A stretch of 64,000 nucleotides of DNA from Bacteroidia bacterium (GCA_026391475.1 JAPLED010000112.1:12406-76405); one strand, 5' to 3'. Positions 30,115 through 41,265 are shown, counted from the first letter of the stretch. A program made the numbers and translations. Notes: generated by a model from the letters alone, not told the origin.

Positions 30115-31463
30115 TAAGTAAAAACCTATATTTTAATATAATAATAAGAGTAATTCTGATTGTAATATTCTCTTCTTTACTGGGATATTTTGCCTTTATA
30201 AATCAATCGTTACGTTTTTCAATTATCTTTTTTATAGCAATAACTTTTCTGACAATCAGCCTGATATCATATTTAAACTCGACAAACAGGAAGATCAGAT
30301 TCTTTTTCGATTCTGTCAGAAACGATGATTCAAATCTCTCGTTTCCATTTGATGTAAAAGAGAGGAGTTTCAAGGAGTTATACCAGAGTATGAACAGGGT
30401 GAATCAACAGATTCAGAAGTTAAAAATTGAGAACAGGAACCAGGAACAATATTTTCAGATATTGCTTGAACATATTGCAACGGGGATTATTACTTATAAT
30501 GAAAAAGGATTCATTTTACACGCCAATTCATCAGCAAAAAGACTGCTTTCAACAGATGTTCTTACTCATTTGCAGCAAATTGAACGGATTGACCTGAAGC
30601 TTTTTCAGACAATAATCAGTATCAAGCCATTTGAAAGGCGGTTAGTAGCTATAAATAATGAACAGGGCGAAATACAGTTATCTCTTAAGGCAACATCGTT
30701 TAAAACTAATAATAATGAGTTGATAATTCTTTCAATCCAGGATATCAAGAATGAACTTGACGAAAAAGAGCTTGAATCATGGATGAAACTGATAAGGGTC
30801 TTAATGCATGAAATAATGAACTCCATCACACCAATAACATCCCTGTCGGAAAGTCTTTCACACATTTATAGTACAGAAGGAATCCCTGTTTTACCGGAAG
30901 AGGTGACTGCTAAAACTATCGCTAAGACCTTACAGGGTTTAAATGTTATTAAGGAACAGGGAAAAGGCCTGATGTCATTTGTTGAATCGTATCGTAAGCT
31001 GACCCGTGTGCCGGAACCGGAAAAGAAATTATTTAAGGTGGCTGACCTGATGAGTCGTATACAGATTCTTTATAACTCCCTTGAAAGGAGCGAAAGAATG
31101 GATTTATCTATCATATTGAAAGATCCTGATCTTGAGATCTTTGCTGATCAAAACCTTATTTCACAAGTATTGATCAATCTTGTAAAGAATGCCCTTGAAG
31201 CCAATGAAAATAATCCTGAAGGAAAGATTATAATTATTGCAGGCAATGATAGTAACCATCATCCTGAAATATGTGTCATTGATAATGGCCCGGGAATTAC
31301 TGAAGAAAACCTTGATGAAATATTTGTCCCGTTTTTTACTACAAGGCAGAATGGATCAGGAATCGGTCTCAGCATCTCAAAACAGATCATGAGGGTGCAT
31401 GGGGGATACCTGAAAGTAAGATCGGTTCCCAACAAGGAGACAATATTTTGCCTTAGTTTCTAG
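30111..31463 (+). CDS. sensor histidine kinase with two closely spaced N-terminal TM helices, a cytoplasmic PAS-like region, HisKA and HATPase domains
   Basis: TM1 ~8-31 and TM2 ~36-55, separated by only ~NQSLR. H-box LMHEIMNSITPI. N, G1 and G2 boxes (NLVKNALEA, DNGPGI, GSGIGLS). ATGA overlap with the regulator gene. Confidence 0.9.
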   Translation: MISKNLYFNIIIRVILIVIFSSLLGYFAFINQSLRFSIIFFIAITFLTISLISYLNSTNRKIRFFFDSVRNDDSNLSFPFDVKERSFKELYQSMNRVNQQIQKLKIENRNQEQYFQILLEHIATGIITYNEKGFILHANSSAKRLLSTDVLTHLQQIERIDLKLFQTIISIKPFERRLVAINNEQGEIQLSLKATSFKTNNNELIILSIQDIKNELDEKELESWMKLIRVLMHEIMNSITPITSLSESLSHIYSTEGIPVLPEEVTAKTIAKTLQGLNVIKEQGKGLMSFVESYRKLTRVPEPEKKLFKVADLMSRIQILYNSLERSERMDLSIILKDPDLEIFADQNLISQVLINLVKNALEANENNPEGKIIIIAGNDSNHHPEICVIDNGPGITEENLDEIFVPFFTTRQNGSGIGLSISKQIMRVHGGYLKVRSVPNKETIFCLSF

Positions 31464-32704
31464 TCGTACCTGATCGCTTTTACCGGTGTAATCCTGCTTA
31501 TTAATTGTGACGGGACAAGAAGCATAATAACTATTGCGGCCATTGTCCCTGCGTTTAGCAAAAGAATATGGGCCAGTTCAAGATTAACCGGAACAGTTTT
31601 AATATAATATGAACTCGGATCGAGTGTAATTAACCCTGTTTTAAGCTGAAGAAATGCCAGGCCGATGCCGATAAGATTACCCCATAACAATCCCTTACCG
31701 ATAAGATATGCAGCCTGATAGAGAAATACCCTGCGTATAGTAGAATCTTCAGAGCCAAGTGCTTTAAGGATACCGATCATATTGGTTTTTTCAAGAATAA
31801 GGATTAGCAAACCGGATATCATGTTAAACCCTGCTACAACCAGCATAAGGAAAATAATAATGATAACATTGATATCCTGAAAGTTCAGCCAGTCAAATAT
31901 CTGGGGATACTTTATCCTGATGTTAGTAACTTTGAATTTTGCCTCTTCCTCCGTTATTTTATAGCCAATTGCATCCCTTACTGCCATGGTCATGGCATCG
32001 AGCTTATCAAAATCATCAATGAATATTTCAAACCCGCTGACCTGGTCATCTTCCCATCCGTTGAGCCGTTTGATATGCCCGATATCGCAGAAAACGTAAA
32101 TCTTATCAAATTCCTCAAGACTTGTCTCATATATTCCGGATATTGTGAATAGTCTTTGCCTGGGAGGATTCTGGATGAAATGCATTGCAAAAGAATCCCC
32201 GGTTTTTAACTTCAGCATATCGGATATCTTCTTGGAAATGATTACTTTATTTCCAATAGCAGTATCGGTGACCGTAAACACGGTGCCATCGATCATGTTG
32301 CTGCTGAAGTAGTTCCAGTCAAAGTCGCTTCCCACTCCTTTCAGTACCACACCCTGGATATCCTCGTCCGTCTTTATGATCCCTGCCTTAGTAGCGAATA
32401 CCTGAAGATGTCTGATTCCCGGGATCTGTTTTATTTTAGGAATAAATTCCTGTGTATCACTAATTGGCGTAGTTTCGAATGAGATGTTCGAATCGAAGTT
32501 CATGATCTGGATATGCGATCCGAACCCGACAACCTTCTCCCTGATCTCTTTTTTGAAGCCGGTAAGAATGGATACGGCAAGTATCATCACGGCAAGGCCC
32601 ATTGCAATGCCGATTATGGCAATAACATTTATGGGACGTGAAAATGAAGTGCCTTCGCGTCTTCCTTTTATGAGCCTATGTGCTATGAAATATGGTAAAT
32701 TCAT
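31460..32704 (-). CDS. LolC/LolE-like FtsX-family permease
   Basis: 414 aa with a single FtsX domain. N-terminal MNLPYFIAHRL...TM, a periplasmic domain and 3 C-terminal TM helices. Ends ...PVKAIRYD. Its stop codon shares CTAG with the convergent kinase stop. Confidence 0.8.
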   Translation of the reverse strand: MNLPYFIAHRLIKGRREGTSFSRPINVIAIIGIAMGLAVMILAVSILTGFKKEIREKVVGFGSHIQIMNFDSNISFETTPISDTQEFIPKIKQIPGIRHLQVFATKAGIIKTDEDIQGVVLKGVGSDFDWNYFSSNMIDGTVFTVTDTAIGNKVIISKKISDMLKLKTGDSFAMHFIQNPPRQRLFTISGIYETSLEEFDKIYVFCDIGHIKRLNGWEDDQVSGFEIFIDDFDKLDAMTMAVRDAIGYKITEEEAKFKVTNIRIKYPQIFDWLNFQDINVIIIIFLMLVVAGFNMISGLLILILEKTNMIGILKALGSEDSTIRRVFLYQAAYLIGKGLLWGNLIGIGLAFLQLKTGLITLDPSSYYIKTVPVNLELAHILLLNAGTMAAIVIMLLVPSQLISRITPVKAIRYD

Positions 32705-32816
32705 ATTTTTTCTCAGTCATCAAATTTAAGAAAATTGAGATACTTTTATTATGCGGTGTAAAGAGGAAACTAAATTTTGTTTTTTTATTAGATTTACCAG
32801 AGAAAATACCAGCCAG

Positions 32817-33992
32817 ATGAAAAAGTTGCTATACACAATCATTCTTTCATTAGTAGTCCTCTCATCTTCAGTGTGCTATGGTGCCAGGAAAACTCCAATA
32901 CCCGGGTCATATCAGATTGAACTTTACAGAGATATGATTGAAGGTAAATCAGTTGCTGTGGTCGCAAACCAGACTTCAATGGTTGGACAGACACACCTGG
33001 TTGATAATCTTTTATCAATTGGTATAGATATAAGGGTGATATTCTCCCCGGAACATGGATTCAGAAATCTGGCAGATGCCGGTGAAAGGATCGAAAATGG
33101 TAAAGACACTGAAACAGGTATCTCTTTAATAAGCCTATATGGGACGCATCTGAAACCAACCACTGAGGATCTGGCTGGGATTGATATTATAATTTTTGAT
33201 ATCCAGGATGTAGGTGCCCGATTCTATACATATATATCTACACTTCACTACATTCTGGAATCATGCGCAGAGAATAATGTAAAATGCCTCGTACTCGATA
33301 GACCCAATCCAAACGGTTTTTATTTTGACGGTAATATCCTAGATACGGCATACAGCTCCTTTGTGGGGATGCACCCTGTACCGATTGTTCATGGGATGAC
33401 TATGGGCGAATATGCTCAAATGATCAATGGGGAGGGATGGCTGAAGGGCGGAGTGAAATGCGATCTGACTGTTATTAAGTGTAAGAATTACACTCATAAG
33501 ACTCTTTATGAACTTCCGGTAAAGCCATCACCAAACCTGCCAAACCAGACCTCAGTATACCTTTATCCGTCAATATGTTTTTTTGAAGGTACAAATGTAT
33601 CACTGGGCAGGGGAACACCTTTCCCATTCCAGGTTTACGGATCACCAAAACTCCCCGACAAAGGATTCAGCTTTACTCCTGAGAGTGTCCCGGGAGCAAA
33701 AAATCCGCCTCTTCTGGGGGTGAAATGTTATGGGACTGATTTGCGCAATGCAATAAAAAACAAGCTGATACCAACATCAAAACTTAACCTTGACTGGGTA
33801 ATAGATGCTTATCGAAATTACCCGGAAAAAGATAAATTCTTTACTTCCTATTTCGATGTGCTTGCAGGCGGTCCGGTTTTAAGGGAACAGATACAAAAGG
33901 GGATGACTTCTAAAGAAATCAGGGCAACCTGGAAAGAAGCCCTGACTAAATTTGCAAAGATCAGGGAGAAATACTTATTATATTCCAACTAA
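32817..33992 (+). CDS. DUF1343-family protein (exo-beta-N-acetylmuramidase NamZ-like), secreted
   Basis: Signal peptide MKKLLYTIILSLVVLSSSVCYG. Motifs VANQTS, FSPEHGFR, DIQDVGARFYTYISTL and LDRPNP are typical of DUF1343/NamZ. I chose ATG 32817 over 32751. Confidence 0.75.
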   Translation: MKKLLYTIILSLVVLSSSVCYGARKTPIPGSYQIELYRDMIEGKSVAVVANQTSMVGQTHLVDNLLSIGIDIRVIFSPEHGFRNLADAGERIENGKDTETGISLISLYGTHLKPTTEDLAGIDIIIFDIQDVGARFYTYISTLHYILESCAENNVKCLVLDRPNPNGFYFDGNILDTAYSSFVGMHPVPIVHGMTMGEYAQMINGEGWLKGGVKCDLTVIKCKNYTHKTLYELPVKPSPNLPNQTSVYLYPSICFFEGTNVSLGRGTPFPFQVYGSPKLPDKGFSFTPESVPGAKNPPLLGVKCYGTDLRNAIKNKLIPTSKLNLDWVIDAYRNYPEKDKFFTSYFDVLAGGPVLREQIQKGMTSKEIRATWKEALTKFAKIREKYLLYSN

Positions 33993-34021
33993 CCAATATT
34001 AATAAAACAAGTTGTTTTGCA

Positions 34022-34933
34022 TCAAAACAACCCCTCTATTGATAAATATCTCTCACCTGTATCATAGCAAAAGGTAAGGATTTTTGATCCTTTAGCGAAT
34101 TCATTCAATTTTTGATTCACCGCGGCTAACGATGCTCCTGAGGATATTCCTACAAATAATCCTTCTTCTTTGGCTGCTCTTTTTACAAAAATAAATGCCT
34201 CTTCTTTGCTTACTTTTATTATCCCATCTAACAACTCTGTTTTTAAAATGGAAGGTATAAAACCGGCTCCTATTCCCTGCAATGGATGTGGCCCCGGAGA
34301 TCCCCCACTCAATACAGGAGATAATTCCGGTTCAACTGCAAATACTTTCAGGTTCGGGAATTTATTTTTTAACACTTCAGCGCATCCGGTTATATGTCCA
34401 CCGGTACCTACACCTGTAATAAGATAATCAAGGCCATCAGGAAAATCATTGATGATTTCCAGAGCAGTAGTATCTTTGTGAATATTGGTGTTGGCGGGAT
34501 TATCAAACTGCATCGGCATCCATGAGTCTGGTGTTTCCAGGACCAATTCTCCGGCACGTTCTATTGCACCTTTCATCCCTTTTTCACGTGGGGTAAGTAC
34601 AAATTCCGCACCATAAGCACTCATTATTTTTCTTCTTTCAAGGGACATTGATTCTGGCATTACCAGAATAAGTCTATACCCTTTTACTGCTGCTACCATT
34701 GCCAGTCCAATTCCTGTATTACCTGAAGTTGGCTCAATAATTACACTTTGTTGTTTAAGTAGCCCCCTTTTTTCTGCATCATCTACCATTGATAGTGCAA
34801 TACGGTCTTTTATGCTGGCGCCAGGGTTGGCTCTTTCCAACTTTACCCATACTGAAAAATCAGGGTTAAAAAGACGATTGATTTTTACATGAGGTGTGTT
34901 ACCTATTGTTTCAAGAATTGAATTTACCTTCAT
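34022..34933 (-). CDS. cysK: cysteine synthase A (O-acetylserine sulfhydrylase)
   Basis: PLP-lysine motif NPGASIKDR plus [10 protein letters not shown] and [10 protein letters not shown] motifs. Confidence 0.92.
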   Translation of the reverse strand: MKVNSILETIGNTPHVKINRLFNPDFSVWVKLERANPGASIKDRIALSMVDDAEKRGLLKQQSVIIEPTSGNTGIGLAMVAAVKGYRLILVMPESMSLERRKIMSAYGAEFVLTPREKGMKGAIERAGELVLETPDSWMPMQFDNPANTNIHKDTTALEIINDFPDGLDYLITGVGTGGHITGCAEVLKNKFPNLKVFAVEPELSPVLSGGSPGPHPLQGIGAGFIPSILKTELLDGIIKVSKEEAFIFVKRAAKEEGLFVGISSGASLAAVNQKLNEFAKGSKILTFCYDTGERYLSIEGLF

Positions 34934-34959
34934 AATATTTAAATTTTGTAAAAGCCATA

Positions 34960-35733
34960 TCAGATAATAAAGTTTATAGGTTCCTGAAAACCATTCTGGT
35001 TTCTCACAATTATTTCGCTTTTATGATAAACCACTGAGAAAGGTGCGATACTTTCTGTGAGCCATACATTGCCACCGATGATGCTGTTTCTGCCAACAAC
35101 TGTCTCCCCTCCCAGAATTGTACAGCCGGCATACAAAATAACATTATCTTCAATGGTAGGGTGTCTCTTTTTAGATGCTTTACTTTTATCTACACTTAAT
35201 GCGCCAAGAGTAACTCCCTGATAAAGTTTTACATTGTTTCCGATATTTGCAGTTTCACCGATAACAATGCCTGTGCCATGGTCTATCGAAAATGGACAAC
35301 CAATTGTAGCTAAGGGGTGAATATCGATTCCTGTAACTTTATGAGCATATTCTGTTATAATCCGGGGAAGCAGAGGCACTGATAGCTGTGACATAGAATT
35401 TGCAATACGATAGCAGAATATGGCAAAAAACCCCGGATAAATGGCAATGACCTCGATTAATTGTGTAGCTGCAGGATCAGATTCAAGAATAAAATTGGCG
35501 TCTTTGAGAAGTGTTTTTTTTATATTCTTAAGATTTTTGAAAAATTGTTGGGTAACCTTTTCTTTTTTTTCCGTCAAACCGGATAATATATTGAGCATTT
35601 GATTCTGCGAATCATTGAGATTATTCTTTATTTCAGTATCTGAATAAGAATTAGTGGAGGGGAAAAGCAGTCTGAAAACAGATTTGATGGTCTTTTCAAC
35701 GGCTTTTTTATCAGGTAGGGTAATATCTGACAT
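34960..35733 (-). CDS. cysE: serine O-acetyltransferase
   Basis: Left-handed beta-helix hexapeptide repeats ([11 protein letters not shown]...[28 protein letters not shown]). Lies immediately upstream of cysK. Confidence 0.88.
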   Translation of the reverse strand: MSDITLPDKKAVEKTIKSVFRLLFPSTNSYSDTEIKNNLNDSQNQMLNILSGLTEKKEKVTQQFFKNLKNIKKTLLKDANFILESDPAATQLIEVIAIYPGFFAIFCYRIANSMSQLSVPLLPRIITEYAHKVTGIDIHPLATIGCPFSIDHGTGIVIGETANIGNNVKLYQGVTLGALSVDKSKASKKRHPTIEDNVILYAGCTILGGETVVGRNSIIGGNVWLTESIAPFSVVYHKSEIIVRNQNGFQEPINFII

Positions 35734-35829
35734 GGCAAAATGTTATTAAGTGGTTTTAAAAGATATATAACATTTGATAACCCACAGGTGTTCATTCCTG
35801 CACCCCACACCTCAAGCCTGATACCAATA

Positions 35830-37026
35830 TCATACCCTTCCCGGATAAACCTTCAGTGCTTCTGCAAGGATCGTCATCGCATCCTTAAGGTCATCGATTT
35901 TAAGGACATAGGCAATGCGTACCTCATTCTTACCTGAGCCGGGAGTTGAGTAGAAACCCGAGGCAGGCGCAACCATGACGGTCTGATTATTATATTCAAA
36001 CTCTTCAAGAAGCCACTGTGCGAACTTGTCGGCATCATCAACCGGAAGTTTGACAACTGTGTAAAACGCTCCTTTTGGTTTAGGACAATAGACACCAGGT
36101 ATTTTATTGAGAGCCTCGACCATGTAATTTCTACGTGCGGTGTATTCTTTGTTTACGTCTTTGAAATACTGATCAGGAGTATCAATTGAAGCCTCACCGG
36201 CAATCTGTCCGAGTCCGGGAGGGGAGAGGCGTGCCTGTGCAAATTTAAGAGCAGTGGAGATCACCTCTTTGTTTTTTGATATCAGTGCACCAATCCTTAC
36301 ACCACATTCGCTGTAACGTTTGGATACCGAATCGAGCATTATGACATTATTCTCAATACCTTCCAGATTCATTGCTGAGAAATGTTCAGCCCCGTCATAG
36401 CAAAACTCACGGTAAGCCTCATCAGAGAAGAGAAACAGATCATATTTCTTAATTATTTCCTTAAGATGAAGAAGTTCTTTTTTCGAATAGAGATACCCGG
36501 TCGGATTATTTGGATTACATACAATTATACCTTTGGTCTTTGGGGTGATCTTTTTTTCTATCTCTTTAATTGGAGGAAGGGCAAAATCTTCTTTAATATA
36601 GGAGGTTACGGGAATGATTCTAATGCCGGCTGTTGTTGCAAAACCGTTATAATTAGCGTAGAATGGCTCCGGAGTAATAACCTCATCACCTGGATTGACG
36701 CACGACATAAGAGCAAATAATATAGCCTCCGACCCGCCTGTAGTGATCAGCATTTCGGTATGATCTATATTAATTCCGATCTTCTGATAATATGCCGCCA
36801 GCTTACGGCGGTATGATTCGTTGCCTGCTGAATGGCTGTACTCAATGACTTTCAGATCAATGTTACGGATTGCATTCAATGCTACCTCAGGAGTAGGGAT
36901 ATCAGGTTGTCCGATATTGAGATGATAGACTTTTCTCCCTTTACGTTTTGCTTCTTCCGAATATGGAACAAGTTTTCTTATTGGTGATGCAGGCATCGCT
37001 TTGCCTTTATCGGATATTGTTGGCAT
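35830..37026 (-). CDS. class I PLP-dependent aminotransferase (aspartate/aromatic aminotransferase-like)
   Basis: NPNNPTG motif and PLP-lysine motif SVSKRYSECGVRIG. 398 aa. Confidence 0.88.
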   Translation of the reverse strand: MPTISDKGKAMPASPIRKLVPYSEEAKRKGRKVYHLNIGQPDIPTPEVALNAIRNIDLKVIEYSHSAGNESYRRKLAAYYQKIGINIDHTEMLITTGGSEAILFALMSCVNPGDEVITPEPFYANYNGFATTAGIRIIPVTSYIKEDFALPPIKEIEKKITPKTKGIIVCNPNNPTGYLYSKKELLHLKEIIKKYDLFLFSDEAYREFCYDGAEHFSAMNLEGIENNVIMLDSVSKRYSECGVRIGALISKNKEVISTALKFAQARLSPPGLGQIAGEASIDTPDQYFKDVNKEYTARRNYMVEALNKIPGVYCPKPKGAFYTVVKLPVDDADKFAQWLLEEFEYNNQTVMVAPASGFYSTPGSGKNEVRIAYVLKIDDLKDAMTILAEALKVYPGRV

Positions 37027-37208
37027 ATAAATAATGTATTATAATCCTTATACTTTATGGAAACAAAAGTAAGAAAAATCATATATTAATTTATCGACCT
37101 GGTTTATTTATGAATAGATATTGTTTCCCTCTGATTTTGCAGATTGCACAGATTTTTTTACCCTTTCTTCCCTTCAAATTGAACTTTTATTGGTATCATT
37201 AAAATTTC

Positions 37209-37216
37209 TATTTTTG
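37209..37216 (+). promoter_or_regulatory. candidate Bacteroidota -7 promoter box TATTTTTG upstream of valS
   Basis: Exact TAnnTTTG match 37 nt upstream of the valS ATG. The -33 element is unclear. Confidence 0.3.
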
Positions 37217-37252
37217 CAGTTCAAATATTTAGAAACTTTCTAAAACACAACA

Positions 37253-39886
37253 ATGGACATTCCTTCAAAATACGAGCCCGGGAAAGCAGAGAGCAAATGG
37301 TATAATTACTGGATGGAGCATGGATTTTTTAAAAGCATTCCCGACGGGAGAGAGCCTTATACAATTGTTATTCCGCCACCCAATGTTACAGGAGTACTCC
37401 ACATGGGCCACATGCTTAACAACACTATCCAGGATGTGCTGGTGCGCAGGGCAAGGATGCAGGGGAAAAACGCCTGCTGGGTGCCTGGCACTGACCATGC
37501 TTCAATTGCAACCGAAGCAAAAGTCGTTGCGAAGCTTAAGGCAGAAGGAATTGAAAAGCGCGATCTTACAAGGGAAGAGTTTCTCGGCCATGCCTGGGAA
37601 TGGACTCATAAGCATGGTGGTATAATCCTCGAACAGCTAAAACGTCTGGGAGCCTCATGCGATTGGGATCGTACTCTTTTCACTATGGATGAGAAGAGAT
37701 ATGACTCAGTTATAAAGGTATTTGTCGACCTGTTTAATAAAGGGCTTATTTACAGAGGTATAAGGATGGTGAACTGGGATCCGCAGGCTATGACTGCTGT
37801 TTCGGATGAGGAGGTTAATTATACCGACGAAAAATCAAAGCTTTATTATGTTCGTTATAAGATAGTCGGAGAGGAAGGGTATGTGATGGTTGCCACAACC
37901 CGTCCCGAAACAATACTCGGTGATACAGCTGTCTGTGCACACCCCGATGATGAGCGTTACAAACATCTGAAAGGGAAAAAGGTTATTGTGCCCATGGCTA
38001 ACAGGGAGGTGCCGTTTATTTTTGACAGTTATGTTGATCCGGAGTTTGGGACAGGATGTCTTAAGATCACTCCGGCACACGATATTAATGACTACGAGAT
38101 CGGTCTCAGACATAAATTGCCCTCAATCGATGTTTTTAATGAAGATGGAACAATCAATGAGAGGGCCGGTTTGTTTGTTGGTGTTGACAGGTTTAAAGCA
38201 AAAGAACTTGCTGAAAAGGAGCTTCAGAGAACCGGAAACCTGGTAAAGGTTGAAGATTATAATAATAAGATTGGCCGTTCGGAACGTACAAATGCTGTTA
38301 TCGAACCAAGGCTCTCCCTTCAGTGGTTTATGAAGATGAAGGAGCTGTCGCAACCTGCATTGGATGCTGTTAAAAATGGTGATGTTCAGATCCATCCGGC
38401 AAAATTTAAAAATCTTTACCGCCACTGGATGGAGAATGTACGCGACTGGTGTATCAGCCGTCAGTTGTGGTGGGGACACAGGATACCTGCGTGGTATTAT
38501 GATAATAACGAATTTGTTGTTGCAGGTAATATTTCCGAAGCCCTTGAAATGGCAAGGAAGAAAAGTGGGAACCATTCAATGAATGAAAGCGACCTGCGGC
38601 AGGATGAAGATGTTCTGGATACATGGTTCTCATCGTGGCTCTGGCCGATAACATCATTTGATGGTATAAATGATCCGGAGAATGCAGACATTAAATACTA
38701 TTATCCGACAAATGACCTGATTACGGCTCCTGAAATCCTATTTTTCTGGGTTGCCCGAATGATAATTGCCGGTTATGAGTTCAGGGGAGAGAAGCCATTC
38801 AAAAATGTATATCTTACCGGTCTGGTTCGCGACCAGCAGAAAAGGAAGATGTCCAAATCACTGGGTAACTCTCCCGAACCAATCGACCTCATTGAAAAAT
38901 ATGGTGCAGATGGAGTAAGGGTGGGTATGTTATTATGCTCCCCTGCAGGTAACGACCTCCTTTATGAAGACAGTCTGCCTGAGCAAGGTCGTAATTTTGC
39001 CAATAAGATATGGAATGCTTTCAGGCTTGTAAATAGTTGGAAAGTTGACGATAATATCGAACAACCTGATTCATCGAAAGTTGCAGTGAAATGGATGGAT
39101 GAGGTGATGAAGAAATCGATAAATGAGATTGATTTAAACTTCAAAAAATTCAGAATTTCAGAAGCTTTGATGATCACATATAAATTGTTCTGGGATGAGT
39201 TCTCCGGCTGGTATCTCGAGATCATCAAACCTGAATATCAAAAACCTATCGATAGGATAACCTTCGATGCCACAATCTCTGTATTTGATAAACTTATTAA
39301 GGTAATACATCCTTTTATGCCATTCATTACTGAGGAGATATGGCAACTGCTTCTTGACAGGAAGGATGGTGAAAGTCTAATGGTGACCCGATTACCAGAA
39401 GTTAAGAAATACAATAAGGATCTGATTACCAGCTTTGAGTCCATTAAGGAGACGATAAGTGCAGTAAGAACCGTCAGGAAAAGTAAGGATATTCCAAATA
39501 AAGAAACTCTTAACCTTCTGGTTCGCTCTGACAAAGATAGTTTCAATAGTGAGTTTCTTCCGGTTATCTGTAAACTATGTAATTTGTCGGAAGTGTCATT
39601 TGTTAAAGAGAAACAGGAAGGAGCAGCCTCATTTATGGTAGGAACGACTGAGTATTTTATCCCGCTGGGCGGCAAACTGGATATTGAAGGAGAACTTGCA
39701 AAGATACAGGAGGATCTGGATTACAACAGAGGATTTTTGGTTAATGTGATGAAAAAGCTTGCAAATGAGCGTTTTGTTCAGAATGCTCCTGCCAATGTAC
39801 TGGAGTTGGAAAGAAAGAAAAAGAGTGATGCGGAGTCGAAGATAAAATCCCTTGAGGAGCGGATGAAAGAATTGAAAAGTCTATAA
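37253..39886 (+). CDS. valS: valine--tRNA ligase
   Basis: HMGH ([12 protein letters not shown]) and KMSKS motifs. CP1 editing domain and C-terminal coiled coil. 877 aa. Confidence 0.97.
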   Translation: MDIPSKYEPGKAESKWYNYWMEHGFFKSIPDGREPYTIVIPPPNVTGVLHMGHMLNNTIQDVLVRRARMQGKNACWVPGTDHASIATEAKVVAKLKAEGIEKRDLTREEFLGHAWEWTHKHGGIILEQLKRLGASCDWDRTLFTMDEKRYDSVIKVFVDLFNKGLIYRGIRMVNWDPQAMTAVSDEEVNYTDEKSKLYYVRYKIVGEEGYVMVATTRPETILGDTAVCAHPDDERYKHLKGKKVIVPMANREVPFIFDSYVDPEFGTGCLKITPAHDINDYEIGLRHKLPSIDVFNEDGTINERAGLFVGVDRFKAKELAEKELQRTGNLVKVEDYNNKIGRSERTNAVIEPRLSLQWFMKMKELSQPALDAVKNGDVQIHPAKFKNLYRHWMENVRDWCISRQLWWGHRIPAWYYDNNEFVVAGNISEALEMARKKSGNHSMNESDLRQDEDVLDTWFSSWLWPITSFDGINDPENADIKYYYPTNDLITAPEILFFWVARMIIAGYEFRGEKPFKNVYLTGLVRDQQKRKMSKSLGNSPEPIDLIEKYGADGVRVGMLLCSPAGNDLLYEDSLPEQGRNFANKIWNAFRLVNSWKVDDNIEQPDSSKVAVKWMDEVMKKSINEIDLNFKKFRISEALMITYKLFWDEFSGWYLEIIKPEYQKPIDRITFDATISVFDKLIKVIHPFMPFITEEIWQLLLDRKDGESLMVTRLPEVKKYNKDLITSFESIKETISAVRTVRKSKDIPNKETLNLLVRSDKDSFNSEFLPVICKLCNLSEVSFVKEKQEGAASFMVGTTEYFIPLGGKLDIEGELAKIQEDLDYNRGFLVNVMKKLANERFVQNAPANVLELERKKKSDAESKIKSLEERMKELKSL

Positions 39887-39931
39887 TGTCTGAATGTCTG
39901 ATTGTCTGAATGTCTAATTGTCTGAATGTCT
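39885..39931. repeat. tandem octanucleotide repeat (AATGTCTG)x6 with minor variants
   Basis: Units read AATGTCTG AATGTCTG ATTGTCTG AATGTCTA ATTGTCTG AATGTCT. The repeat begins inside the valS TAA stop codon. Confidence 0.85.
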
Positions 39932-39963
39932 TTAATTCAATATCATACAACAAGACAAATAGA

Positions 39964-41265
39964 TTATGGCATTAGTTTTCTGACGAAATAATTCTGATCA
40001 ACAAGGACAAGTTCCCAGTCGTTATTCAGGATAAGTAGCCATCCCTCTCCGGAAATATGGTTTTTATCTGCTTTAAATCCTTTTGCAGTAATCCGGAGAT
40101 ACTTAAAATTATTTGAAACAAGGCAACCTCCTTTATCGACTGTAAGCTTCCCCCAGTTATCTGATATCCTCATTGAACTGTAGAGGGTTCCCAGGGTGTC
40201 GAGTGAATGGATATTTTCCGGTTCAAAGTCAAAATAGGGACTTTCAAGTTCAAGGAAAACTACAGATTTTTCTGTAAAGGTGCTGATTTGTTTATGTATA
40301 CTTTCTCTGATATCTGACAAGCGTTGTTCTTCTTCTTTATTTATGGCATCAATATCATAATTTACTGCCAGGCTTCCTGCCACATCTCTGCAGATTAGCG
40401 GCAGCTCAATGTTATATAGCTCTTTTACTGCACTTCCGAGGTCAAAATTATCTGTCTGAATTTTACGTAAATCAAATCCTTTATCATAAAGAAGAGAAGC
40501 GTAGAGAGCCCCATGAATGAATCCGTATGATCTCGAGTATGATTGCATTGAGTAAACCCTGTCGAGATTTTCGAAAAGCCTGGTTTTGTATTCCTCGGGT
40601 GAATTAGTGCAAAGAAGTGTGTAAGTAAATGTTGCAAGGCCTTCATGGGTCTCGAACCGGTTTTGATCGTTGGCATACCTTTGATAAAGCTCCCTGTTAG
40701 AACCTCTGAAGATAAGTGCGTCCCTTATTGCCAGTTGACGTTCTTCGGCATCAGAATTAAGAGCTTTCCGCAAAGCTTTCCATTCAAGTTTGATCCAAAG
40801 CCTTGCTTCCTTTTCATCCATATTATTTGTATTAAACCCGGATGAAATGATTCCTGCAGCCTCCTGGAAGCGATGAAACAGACTGCGAATTGCACGGGTT
40901 TTTATCCTGTAATCATCTTCTTCAAGTGGAAGGGGAGTCATTGCAAACAGGGTTCCTCCAAATTTCACAGGAGTATTATTTATTATGAGTTCTTTAGGAT
41001 ATGAACCTGTAAAAATACCATCTTTCCCTTTTAAAAGACCCTCGTTATCGGGCTGATTTGCAATAATCCTCCGGCTTGTACGCTCGACAAACATTAATGG
41101 GCCGTAAAGGTTTTTCCCCCAGAGTTTACCATTGTCGCGGTTACAGATATCTTCAATACTTTTAAAGTATTGTGATGCCTTTTCAGGTGTAAAGTAAGTG
41201 TCAGGCTTTACTCCTTTACAGCTTATAAGAGACAGAAAGATTGAGAAAAAAATCCATTTTTTCAT
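39964..41265 (-). CDS. hypothetical lipoprotein
   Basis: Lipobox MKKWIFFSIFLSLISC at Met25 of the ORF (start 41265; the ORF track extends to 41337). No family was recognised. Confidence 0.6.
   Translation of the reverse strand: MKKWIFFSIFLSLISCKGVKPDTYFTPEKASQYFKSIEDICNRDNGKLWGKNLYGPLMFVERTSRRIIANQPDNEGLLKGKDGIFTGSYPKELIINNTPVKFGGTLFAMTPLPLEEDDYRIKTRAIRSLFHRFQEAAGIISSGFNTNNMDEKEARLWIKLEWKALRKALNSDAEERQLAIRDALIFRGSNRELYQRYANDQNRFETHEGLATFTYTLLCTNSPEEYKTRLFENLDRVYSMQSYSRSYGFIHGALYASLLYDKGFDLRKIQTDNFDLGSAVKELYNIELPLICRDVAGSLAVNYDIDAINKEEEQRLSDIRESIHKQISTFTEKSVVFLELESPYFDFEPENIHSLDTLGTLYSSMRISDNWGKLTVDKGGCLVSNNFKYLRITAKGFKADKNHISGEGWLLILNNDWELVLVDQNYFVRKLMP

Noticed and set aside
32751-32816. 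N-terminal extensions in the supplied ORF track: 32751-32816 (NamZ-like), 42184-42354 (nadC), 41266-41337 (lipoprotein), 52505-52549 (glmM), 14127-14189 (murG), 20641-20679 (porin-like) and 28729-28743 (regulator).
   Set aside because: In each case an internal ATG gives a canonical N-terminus (signal peptide, lipobox or conserved first motif). The upstream extension is non-conserved-looking or begins with a non-ATG codon.
34004-34031. AT-rich hairpin GTTGTTTT-gcatc-AAAACAAC between the convergent NamZ-like and cysK genes, considered as a bidirectional terminator.
   Set aside because: The stem is almost entirely A/T, so stability is very low, and it overlaps the cysK stop codon. Support is insufficient to call a terminator.
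39885-39931. Short tandem repeats (here and at 48831-48874, and the 10-mers at 5001-5030) considered as CRISPR arrays.
   Set aside because: The units are 7-10 nt and directly adjacent with no spacers, and no cas genes are in the window. They are not CRISPR arrays.
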